Assembly (NCBI RefSeq): GCF_006345805.1
Contig: NW_021823903.1
Coordinates: 1-20,803 of the forward strand
Length of the DNA stretch: 20,803 nt
Direction of reading: 5' to 3'
Source of the DNA: Octopus sinensis
Taxonomy: Eukaryota
Positions 1 to 8,977 of the stretch are shown one piece after another. The position numbers and the translations under genes were made by a program. How positions within the stretch are numbered: position 1 is the first letter of the stretch; the number at the start of each line of letters is the position of its first letter. The notes under the pieces were generated by a model, which worked only from the letters and a program-made list of their open reading frames with translations, ran no database searches and had not been told where the DNA came from.

Positions 1-131
1 AGCGTACCATTATTTCACGTGGAAAATGTCGTTGAAGAATGTCACTGACGGATCCACACAAGAAAAGTATTTAAGCAATCTGGCGGCATTGGTCAGTAAA
101 TCAAGATAAAAAAATATTTAGGGGCGAGGGC

Positions 132-274
132 GAGTGTTAAAGGGAGGTGTGACGAATTCCTTGATTTCACAGCAAAATTCTCGGCATAGACGAAATGGAG
201 ACGTCGATTAGTAGAGGCAGTTGTTTGATAAAATAACAAGATGGGAAGAGAAAAAGAACGAAAATAAGCATGTC
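132..274 (+). repeat. Unclassified ~143-bp element, copy 1 (diverged duplicate of 2947-3089)
   Basis: Aligns by eye with 2947-3089 (TCGGCATAGACGAAATGGAGACGTCGATTAGTAGAGGCAG vs TCAGCATAGACGAAATGCAGACGTCGATTAGCAGAGGCAG). Both end AATAAGCATGTC and are followed shortly by an (AAT)/(AAC) tract. Confidence 0.8.
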
Positions 275-291
275 ATGTGTGTAAAGGACCA

Positions 292-345
292 TAAATAATA
301 ATAATAATAATAATAATAATAACCATAATAACAATAAATAAATAG

Positions 346-394
<49 letters not shown>

Positions 395-423
395 TATAAT
401 AACAATAATAAATAGTGATAGTA

Positions 424-456
<33 letters not shown>

Positions 457-544
457 TAATAATGATAATGATAATGTAATAATACTAATAAATAATAATA
501 ATAAATAGTGATAGTAAATAATAATAATAACAACAATATAATAC

Positions 545-590
<46 letters not shown>

Positions 591-618
591 TATAATAATA
601 ATAATAACAATAATAATA
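292..618. repeat. (AAT)n microsatellite with recurring AAATAGTGATAGTAA interruptions
   Basis: Direct reading. The interruption motif occurs three times. Confidence 0.95.
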
Positions 619-805
619 CCTTGAGCAATATCAACATCAACATTATCAAGGGGTAGATCGGTTTTCTCGGCTCGTGCTGGAGCTTAAATACTAATGAATT
701 TTAACGGGGTTTTGCCTGCTTTTATTTCCCCCAGACCCTTTAACGGTAACTAGTCGTGGTGGTGATGAGCGAGGGAAAGATCCAAACTGAAGACTTTATG
801 GTCGT

Positions 806-872
806 TAATTCTATCGTCTCCATTTTGCCGAACCTCTAGCATTACGGTGGCATAAACAAACTAACACCGGTT
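806..872 (-). mobile_element. Degenerate fragment of SINE family A (3' body)
   Basis: TTCTATCGTCTCCATTTTGCCGAACCTCTAGCATTACGG resembles TTCTATCGGTCTGTTTTGCCGAACCGCTAAGTTACGG at 16139-16175. Confidence 0.55.
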
Positions 873-1135
873 ATAGTAAAATGAAGCATTACTGCTTCGT
901 TTACCCGGAGCAAAAATCTCAAAATTCAAGAAAAACGGTGATGATGTGAAATCAGCCAGAATTAGTCCAAAGAAACATTCTTTCATGTTCGATCAGTCTT
1001 CTTCCTGTTGTAGAATGTTTGATGAGCTACTTCTGTTGTAGAATGAAGAATATTAACTTTTGGTCCATTCCAAGATTCTCTTGTTTACGCTACAAACCCT
1101 CGATTTTTTTTTTTGTTGTTGAAATCTTGCTAGAA

Positions 1136-1365
1136 CCTATTTCTTTACTACCCATAAGGGGTTAAACACAGTGAGAACAAACAAGGACAGACAAACTGAT
1201 TAAGTCGATTATATCGACCCTATTGCGTAACTGGTACTTATTTAATCGACCCCGAAAGGATGAAAGGCAAAGTCGACCTCGACGGAATTTGAACTCAGTA
1301 CGTAGCGGCTGACGAAATTCCGCTTAGCATTTCGCCCGGAGTGCTAACGTTTCTGCCAGCTCGCC
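1136..1365 (-). mobile_element. tRNA-derived SINE, family B, monomer (tail type 1)
   Basis: The minus strand reads GGCGAGCTGGCAGAAACGTTAGC (A-box-like), GAGTTCAAATTCC (B box), central GCCTTTCATCCTTTCGGGGTCGAT, and ends GTAAAGAAATAGG. Many homologues in the window. Confidence 0.9.
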
Positions 1366-1406
1366 AAAACCGAAATTTACGTTTCTTATTTCCAAAGTAG
1401 ATTCTA

Positions 1407-1515
1407 GCCACCTTGGGCAAATGTCTTCTATTATAGTTCCGGGCCGACCAATGCCTCATTGCCCCGTGAGTGAATTTGGAAGATGGAAACTGTGTGGAAG
1501 CCTGTCGTCTGTGTG

Positions 1516-1559
<44 letters not shown>

Positions 1560-1580
1560 CGCGTGTGTGTGTGTATGTGT

Positions 1581-1614
<34 letters not shown>

Positions 1615-1719
1615 TGCGTGTGTGTGTGTGTCTGTATGCTTGTCTTTGGCCCGTCTAACTACACTGCTTAACAACCGAATTTTTGTTTATTTACGTCCCC
1701 ATAACATAGTGGTTCGGCG
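1407..1719 (+). mobile_element. SINE family A, truncated at both ends, with internal (TG)n/(CG)n tract at about 1510-1632
   Basis: CCTTGGGCAAATGTCTTC...GGAAACTG..GAAGCCTGTCG-[microsatellite]-GCTTAACAACCG..TTTACGTCCCC matches the copy at 5146-5680. It stops where the family B array starts. Confidence 0.8.
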
Positions 1720-1726
1720 TAACATA

Positions 1727-2866
1727 GAGCTGGCAGAAACGTTAGCGCGCCGGGCGAAATGCGTAGCCGTATTTCGTCTACCGTTACGTTCTGAGTTCAA
1801 ATTCCGCCGAGGTCGACTTGGCCTTTCATCCTTTCAGGGTCGATTAAATAAATACCAGTTACGCACTGGGGTCGATGTAATCGACTTAATCCGTTTGTCT
1901 GTCCTTGTTTTCCCTTCTTTATGTAGCCCCTTGTGGGTTGTAAAGAAATAGGTATTTCGTCTGCCGTTACGTTCTGAGTTCAAATTCCACTGAGGTCGAC
2001 TTTGCCTTTCATCCTTTCGGGGTCGATTAAATAAATACCAGTTACGCACTGGAGTCGATGTAATCGACTTAATCCGTTTGTCTGTCCTTGTTTGTCCCTT
2101 CGTGTGTAGCCCTTGTGGGTAGTAAAGAAATAGGTATTTCGTCTGCCGCTACGTTGTGGTTCAATTCCGCGTGCTCGACTTTGCCTTTCATCCTTTCGGG
2201 GCCGATTAAATAAATACCAGTTACGCACTGGGGTCGATTTAATCGACTTAATCCACGTTTGTCTGTCCTTGTTTTCCCTTCTTTATGTAGCCCCTTGTGG
2301 GTAGTAAAGAAATAGGTATTTCGTCTGCCGTTACGTTCTGAGTTCAAATTCCACCGAGGTCGACTTTGCCTTTCATCCTTTCGGGGTCGATTAAATAAAT
2401 ACCAGTTACGCACTGGGGTCGATGTAATCGACTTAATCCGTTTGTCTGTTCCTTGTTTTCCCTTCTTTATGTAGCCCCTTGTGGGTAGTAAAGAAATGGG
2501 TATTTCGTCTGCCGCTACGTTGTGAGTTCAAATTCCGCCGTGCTCGACTTTGCCTTTCATCCTTTCGGGGCCGATTAAATAAATACCAGTTACGCACTGG
2601 GGTCGATGTAATCGACTTAATCCGTTTGTCTGTCCTTGTTTTCCCTTCTTTATGAAGCCCCTTGTGGGTAGTAAAGAAATAGGTATTTCGTCTGCCGTTA
2701 CGTTCTGAGTTCAAATTCCACCGAGGTCGACTTTGCCTTTCATCCTTTCGGGGTCGATTAAATAAATACCAGTTATGCACTGGGTTCGATATAATCGACT
2801 TAATCTATTTGTCTGTCCTTGTTTGTCCCCTCTGCGTATAGCCCCTTGTGGGCAGTAAAGAAATAA
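1727..2866 (+). mobile_element. Tandem array of six SINE-B units (182-184 bp period); only the first carries the 5' part of the head
   Basis: Units start GTATTTCGTCT at 1769, 1952, 2134, 2316, 2500 and 2683. Each keeps the B box and ends GTAAAGAAAT(A/G)(G/A). The A-box-like segment is present only at 1727-1768. Confidence 0.95.
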
Positions 2867-2946
2867 GAGTTTACAGTGTTGCACTCACGCTCGCAAGCTG
2901 TTGGTTTCGATCGCTGGACAGGGCGGTGGGTTGTGATTTGGAAAGT

Positions 2947-3089
2947 GAGTGCTAAAGGAGGCGGAGGTAGATGACAAATTCCTCGAGTTCACAGCAAATT
3001 CTCAGCATAGACGAAATGCAGACGTCGATTAGCAGAGGCAGATGTTTGATAAATAAACACTATGGGAAGACAAAAACAATAAGCATGTC
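2947..3089 (+). repeat. Unclassified ~143-bp element, copy 2 (diverged duplicate of 132-274)
   Basis: See copy 1. Followed by (AAT/AAC)n at about 3095-3142. Confidence 0.8.
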
Positions 3090-3334
3090 TTAGCAATAAT
3101 AACAACGATGACAACAACAACAATAATAATAATAACAATAATTTTTATTAGTCACAGTGGGGTGGTAAATGAGGGGATATCACACAGACAGACTACAATT
3201 TGTGTGGATATTTAGGTAAAGGATGGGGAGTAAAATGGAAAAGACAGTAAAATGCGATTAAATACATAAATACGTTACAAAATTCCCCTCGTTAGGTGAA
3301 AATCCACGAAGTTGATACAGTACTGTACTGTATA

Positions 3335-3664
3335 TTTTTAACTCGCCCTTCGCTAAGGCGGAGGTATTGTTTTCAATCGCGTTTGTTTTGTTTAATCGTA
3401 GACAAGATATCTCAAGAACCGCTGAATGGATTCGGATAAAACTTTCAGGGGTGCTTGGCCTTGTGACTGGCACGAACTGATTAGATTTTGGGATCGATCT
3501 TGTACCGAACAAGGATTCTGGATTATTTTTCCTGTCTTTTTACTTAATTTTTGAGAGCGGTCGGGTTCATTTTTAGTATTCTCGTTTGAGAGAGCAGTCA
3601 ATTTTATTTCAGATATTGGTGTTGCCTTAGCGGAGATTTGCGCTCTCTGAGCGCTCTTGTTTTT
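3335..3664 (+). mobile_element. Non-autonomous Helentron-associated (HINE-like) element
   Basis: Subterminal inverted repeats CTTCGCTAAGG (3348-3358) / CCTTAGCGGAG (3625-3635, 1 mismatch), 3' hairpin GCGCTC-TCT-GAGCGC (3640-3654), T-rich ends. This is the established HINE/DINE-1 layout. Confidence 0.7.
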
Positions 3665-3691
3665 ATTATTATTAGAATTTGTATATATTTA

Positions 3692-4072
3692 TCTCTCTCT
3701 ATATAAACGGCAGTTTGTCTGTGCGTGTTTCTGTGTGTCTGTTTTCTCGTACCCTCACCCTGACCACGGCTTTCAACCGATTCTGATGAACTTGACACAC
3801 CATAGCCCAATGTCATAATTCAATACTAACGCAGCGAAAATTTTGAAAAGTTTCCCCCAGTTCTGAAAAAAATCGATAAATTCGACATGGGGTCGAGAAT
3901 CAAAAAAACAAACCCAACTGTCTAGGGGACGCAACTCAACCTTTTTTTACTCTCAAAAAAAATTTACCATCATTTTTTTTTCCATTGTTGTTGTTGTTTT
4001 TTGGCTATAACTCTCTAAAAAAAGCTTTATAGTTATTTCCCAAACCTGAGCAACGCCGGGCGATACTGCTAG
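3692..4072 (+). mobile_element. Non-autonomous Helitron
   Basis: Starts A|TCTCTCTCTATATAAA and ends CTAG|T, with an imperfect GC hairpin CCTGAGCAACGCCGGG (4045-4060) just upstream. No TSD. These are the canonical Helitron termini. Confidence 0.8.
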
Positions 4073-4364
4073 TTTTGTTATAAATGCAAAACAACACCAA
4101 AGAGGAATTGACGTAAGCTTAAATAATAAACCACGACACGTGAACCGCGATATGGCGAGGAATTACTGTACGTCATAAAATATATTCCTTCTTGTACAGT
4201 AGAAAGTCCAACTAGGTCAAGGAACCTTACAGATCCAGGATTATCTTGACCATCAAAGGAAGGAGCCCTTTCTCTTGCTCACCAATCTACGGGCGCAATC
4301 TGCTTAGAGCAAGGCCATTCACTCTATAGCTTTCATCATCATCAACAACAACAACAACAACAGT

Positions 4365-4549
4365 GGAGGCGCAATGGCCCAGTGGTCAGGGCAGCGGACT
4401 CGCGGTCGTATGACCGCGGTTTCGATTCCCAGACCGGGCATTGTGAGTGTTTATTGAGCAAAAACACCTAAGCTCTACGAGGCTCCGGCGGGGGAGGGGG
4501 CGCTGTACTCTTTCACCACAACTTTCTCTCACTCGTTCTTCCTACTTCT
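4365..4549 (+). mobile_element. tRNA-derived SINE family C, 5' part
   Basis: A box TGGCCCAGTGG, B box GTTTCGATTCC. Homologous to the minus-strand copy at 7120-7316. Confidence 0.85.
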
Positions 4550-4831
4550 GCCACAAAGCAAAAGAACTATGGTGCAACCCACTAGGGTGTGGTAAACTTT
4601 CAGACCCTAGTCTAGATTGCGAATCCTCTGTACCCCAGGATGGTTCAGCTCTCCACCCGTTAAAAGCCACCGTTTACGGAATGAGATAACAACGTAGCTT
4701 TCGTGTCCGTGCAACCGCTAGTCTATCTCGTGTGGGGTGGATCTTCAAGTTGTCACACGCATTCTTAGAAGCTTGGAGTAGACAAGAATTAGAGATTATT
4801 CTTTGTGGCTAATGGCGTAAGTCCTGACTGG

Positions 4832-4861
4832 AAGAAGAAGAAGAAGAAGAAGAAGAAGATG

Positions 4862-4901
<40 letters not shown>

Positions 4902-4905
4902 CAAT
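4832..4905. repeat. (GAA)n followed by (CAG/CAA)n compound microsatellite
   Basis: Direct reading. Confidence 0.9.
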
Positions 4906-4917
4906 TACATAAGGGTA

Positions 4918-5075
4918 AATTGCCTTGAGGAAAACACGTCGTTCTGGTTCACTCGACTGAAAATGAGTAAACTTGTGAAGGACTAGAGACCCTTTTAGCG
5001 GGTATGTTGTGACCTCGGTCACTTACATGCCATGGAAACCGGGTAACAGATTATATGAAACCCTGGGCTCGGGAC
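4918..5075 (+). mobile_element. Old, headless SINE family E-like remnant
   Basis: TTCACTCGACTGAAAATGAGTAA..GGACT..ATGCCATGGAAACCGGG resembles the reverse complement of 13895-14144. Confidence 0.4.
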
Positions 5076-5145
5076 AGTGATGTCCAAGGGCTTTACTTTT
5101 ATTCTTTTATTTGTTTACTTACTTCAGTCATTTAATTATTTCGAA

Positions 5146-5320
5146 GGAGATTATGTTTGGCTGTGTAGTATGTTGCTTGCTTACCAACCCCATGGTTCCG
5201 GGTTCAGTCCCACTGCGCGGCACCTTGGGCAAGTGTCTTCTGTTATAGCCTCGTATCGACCGAAGCTTTGTGAGTGGATTTGGTGGACGGAAACTAAAAG
5301 AAGCCTGTCGTATATGTATG

Positions 5321-5357
<37 letters not shown>

Positions 5358-5680
5358 GTGCGTGTGTATGTATGTGTGTGTTTGTCTGTGTGTATGTGTG
5401 TATGTATGTATGTATGTATGTATGTATGTATGTATGTATGTATGTATGTATGTATGTGTGTGTGTGAGTTTGTATGTCTGTGTTTGTACGTCCCAACATC
5501 GCTTAACAACCGATGCGATGCTGATGTGTTTACGTCCCCGTAACTTAGCGGTTCGGCAAGAAACTAATAGAATAAGTACTAGGCTTACAAAGAATAAGTC
5601 CTGGGGTCGATTTGCTCGACTAAAGGTGGTGCTCCAGCATGACCTCAGTCAAATGACTGAAATAAATAAAAGAATAAAAC
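5146..5680 (+). mobile_element. Near full-length tRNA-derived SINE family A with internal (TA)n/(TATG)n tract
   Basis: A-box-like TGGCTGTGTAGT (5158-5169), B box GGTTCAGTCCC (5200-5210), CORE-like CCTTGGGCAAG, internal microsatellite about 5311-5480, A-rich 3' end. Confidence 0.9.
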
Positions 5681-5773
5681 AATAAATTAGTTGAGTTATT
5701 TTTCATTAATCATAACTAGTCCGGGAACCATTTGATAACACCCCGTTTGTATGTTTGTGAGAAACGCTTGAGA

Positions 5774-5924
5774 AACGGAACAGCCTGCTCGTGAAATTAA
5801 CGTGCAAGTGGCTGAGCACTCCACAGACATGTATGTACCCTTAACGTAGTTCTCGGGGAGATTCAGCGTGACGCAGAGTGTCACAAAACTGGCCCCTTTG
5901 AAATACAGGTACAACAGAAACATG
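5774..5924 (-). mobile_element. SINE family C, 3' half (interrupted by the 5925-7119 transposon)
   Basis: Removing 5925-7119 and one GAAACATG copy joins it to 7120-7316. The rejoined TTCTTCATGTTTCTG parallels TTCTTCCTACTTCTG at the end of the 4365 copy. Confidence 0.7.
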
Positions 5925-6446
5925 GGATCTTTTCAAATTTGTGGCCAGGACCCCAGATCTTTCTAGTTAACTAAATAATTTGAAACTTTCTGTACTCATA
6001 GAGTGGAACTAGTTTATTCGCCAGTTGGAACTAGTTTATTTGAGAAAAATCTATTTTATGACTTTAATCGTAGATTAAAACTGCGAATTTTAACCAGTTG
6101 AGATTGCTTGTTTTCATATCTAAAACGTTACTGCGATCTGTTAGTGTGACGTTGAAAGCAGTTTTGTGACGTCTGCTATTTCTAAAAAGCTTTGTGTGTG
6201 GTAAAGTAATTTTTTTACTTTACCATATTTTTATAAATTATATCGGAGAATCCATATTTTTATAACATATATCGGAGAATCCATGTGATTTTTCGTTGTT
6301 TTTCTCTTATACGTATGTGAATTATTTCTGAGTATGCATTGTCTGGGAGACTTTTTCTTGCAGTTGAGAAATTTTTGGCTGCTATTTCTAAAAAGCTCGG
6401 TGTGTGGTTAAGTAATTTTTTTGCTTTACCATATTTTTATAAATTA

Positions 6447-6481
<35 letters not shown>

Positions 6482-7119
6482 ATATATAATTTTTTACTCG
6501 GTGTATGTGTATATGTATGTCTGCATGTGTGTGTGTATGTATGTGTGTGTGTGTGTGTAAGTATGTGTAAAAAATTACATTGAATTGAATCGGCCATACA
6601 TACATACATACATACACATACACAGATACATACACACATACATTCAGGCATATACACATACACCGAGTAAAAAATTTCAGTTATCTCTCTCTTTCACACA
6701 TTACTCTCTCTGTCTCTTCACACACACTAACAGAAGCACTTCACTTACACAACATACTGTCTCCCACACCCCATCAAACACACACACACACACATGTACA
6801 TCAATGCTTCCCCTAGACGGTAACTTCAAAGACAAACTTTTGTTATTAGAAGGTGGCTGACTATAGCTTGTTTACATTGTTTAATACGTCACGAAATTGG
6901 TGGTCGAGACGGAGTAAATAAAATAAAGCCGAATGACGGAATATCATTGGTTAAAATTCTAATTATTAAACAACGTTAAACTTAGAAGTTACAATTCCGT
7001 TTTCATTATGGTTTACAATTAAGTTTACTTTTGACACATTCTACCAGTATACGAAGTTTCAAATTGTTTGGTTCAGTAGGAAAAATTTGAAAAAACTGGC
7101 TTCAGAATAGAAAAGATCC
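5925..7119. mobile_element. Non-autonomous DNA transposon, GGATC termini, 8-bp TSD (Merlin-like)
   Basis: Termini GGATCTTTTC / GAAAAGATCC. Perfect TSD GAAACATG (5917-5924 and 7120-7127). Shares left and right subterminal blocks with 16472-17343. Confidence 0.85.
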
Positions 7120-7316
7120 GAAACATGAAGAAAGAGTGAGAGAAAGTTGTGGTGAAAGAACAACGCAGGGTTCGCCACCGCCCCCTACCGGAGCCTCGTG
7201 GAGCTTTAGGTGTTTTCGCTCAATAAACACTATCACAACGTCCGGTCTGGGAATCGAAACCGTGATCCTACGACCGCGTGTCCACTGCCCTAACCACTAG
7301 GCCATTGCGCTTCCAC
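7120..7316 (-). mobile_element. SINE family C, 5' half with tRNA-like head
   Basis: Reverse complement matches 4365-4549, including the A and B boxes. Confidence 0.88.
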
Positions 7317-7334
7317 GCACATATATGTACATTA

Positions 7335-7674
7335 GGGTAAAGACCCCCTTCGGTCATGAATGACCATGGGATTGCACCTAGAAAGTTACCCTCCTAGACA
7401 CAAGTCCGGGCAAGGTTGTTTATGGAAGACCAGCAGTCGCCCATGCATACCAGCCTCCCCTCTCCACGCCACCAGTGTTATCCAAGGGAAAGAGAAAGGT
7501 CGATACAGCTTGGCACCAGTGACGTCGCAACTCATTTCTACAGCTGAGTGAACTGGAGCAACGTGAAATAAAGTGCCTTGCTCAAGAACACAACACGCAG
7601 CCCGGTCCGGGATTCGAGCTCACAACCTCACGATCGTAAGCTCGACGCTCTAGCCACTGAGCCATGCGCCTTCA
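7335..7674 (-). mobile_element. Full-length tRNA-derived SINE family D
   Basis: The minus strand begins GAAGGCGCATGGCTCAGTGG (A box), has a GCTCGAATCCC B-box variant and a CORE-like TTCTTGAGCAAGGCACTT, then a distinct tail. Confidence 0.85.
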
Positions 7675-7695
7675 ACTATATACATTACCATTCAC

Positions 7696-7699
<4 letters not shown>

Positions 7700-7730
<31 letters not shown>

Positions 7731-7790
7731 TGTATGTATGTATGTATGTATGTATGTATGTATGTATGTATGTACGTATGTATGTATGCG
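7700..7790. repeat. (TATG)n microsatellite
   Basis: Direct reading. Confidence 0.95.
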
Positions 7791-8128
7791 TGTATACTTT
7801 TGTCGTTGGTCATTTTCTTCTATATTTTTTGTCTTTCTTAAGCATCAATTTCAACCAAATTTAACCTCATTCATCAAAAATGTCAGCGGAATATTGATGA
7901 GCAAATCTTAAACACTGGTTTGCGGCTTTCTTCTTATTTTTGTATTTTTTATTTATATTGTCATTTTTGTCAAATGGTGGCTAATCTCTTATCAGGACGG
8001 AGTATTTTATAGGATTCGCCTCTGTCAAACATAATTAGGGGAATGTTTTAAAGGCAGAATCACCGTAAAAGAGTAGTCATGGCTGGAGATGATTAAACAC
8101 TTTGAAGTTTCCAGAACTGAAGAATTGT

Positions 8129-8530
8129 TTCCCGCTCTCCCTTGCTCACTCTCTCTCTCTCTCTCTTCCTCTCGCTCTTTCTCTCCCTGTGTCTCTCTTC
8201 CTCTCGCTCTTTCTCTCCCTGTGTCTCTCTTCCTCTCTCTTTCCCTGTTTCTCTCTTCCTCTCTTTCTTTCTCTCCCTGTTTCTCTCTTCCCCTCTCTCT
8301 CTCCTTGTTTCTCCCTCCCTGTTTTTCTCTTCTGCGCTCTCTCTCTCCCTGTTTCTCTCTTCCTCTTTCTCTCTTCCTCTCTCTCTCTCTGCTTCTATCT
8401 TCCTCTCTCCCTCTCCCTGTTTCTCTCTTCCTCTCTCTCTCCTTGTTTCTCTCTTCTTTCTCTCTCTGTTTCTCTTTTCCTCTTTCTCTCTCTCCCTGTT
8501 TCTCTCTTCCTCTCTCTCTCTCTCTCTTTC
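8129..8530. repeat. ~400-bp polypyrimidine (CT)-based minisatellite with recurring CTCTCTTCC...CCCTGTTT subunits
   Basis: Direct reading. It accounts for the S/L/F/P-rich ORFs at 8089-8661. Confidence 0.9.
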
Positions 8531-8549
8531 ACATACACTTTTCCCCTTT

Positions 8550-8918
8550 TATCTTTTATTTGTTTGTCATTAGACTGCGGCCATGCTGGGGCACCGCATT
8601 GAAGAATATTAATCGGACAAATCCAACTCAGTACTTTTTTCTTTTTAAAGCTTGGTACTAATTCTATCGATTTCTTTTGCCGACTCGCTAGGTTACGAGG
8701 ACGAAAGCACACCAACACCGCTGTCAAGCAATGGTGGCAGACAAACACAGACACACGCACAGATATATATGTGTGCGTGTGTCTGTGTGTGTGTGTGTAT
8801 GACGGGCTTCTCTCAGTTTCCATTTAAGAAATTCAGTCACAAGCTGCCACGCAGTGGGACTGATCCCGGAACGGTGTGGTTGGGAAACAAACTTGTTACC
8901 GCACATCCACATACATGC
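8550..8918 (-). mobile_element. Diverged SINE family A copy with an internal deletion
   Basis: Reverse complement matches the head and 3' body of 5146-5680. The CCTTGGGCAAG block is missing. Internal CA/TG tract at the usual site. Confidence 0.75.
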
Positions 8919-8977
8919 GCTCATATAAACGCATACATTGCGTGTATATATATTCATATATACATGTGTACATATAT

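Noticed and set aside
1000-1056. Duplicated acceptor-like CTGTTGTAG|AATG motif
   Set aside because: Explained by a ~28-bp local tandem duplication. No downstream donor or coherent frame.
1421-1951. 176-aa ORF and the overlapping CV/HT/YVCM-repeat ORFs throughout the window
   Set aside because: Read-through of (TG)n, (CA)n and (TATG)n tracts inside SINEs. No domain-like sequence.
1834-2780. Repeated MRNWYLFNRPRKDERQSR ORFs
   Set aside because: Antisense translation of the SINE-B array. Frames break differently in each unit.
1769-2866. Array as a CRISPR array, as hammerhead retrozyme repeats, or as GT...AG introns
   Set aside because: Units are contiguous with no unique spacers. No CUGANGA/GAAA core on either strand. 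The AG at the unit end follows a purine-rich stretch, not a pyrimidine tract.
4365-4440. tRNA genes at the SINE heads (also 5146, 7600-7674, 14070-14144)
   Set aside because: A/B boxes are present but there is no clean acceptor stem or cloverleaf, and each runs into a shared repeat body. These are SINE heads.
8089-8661. S/L/F/P-rich ORFs
   Set aside because: Translation of the CT minisatellite.
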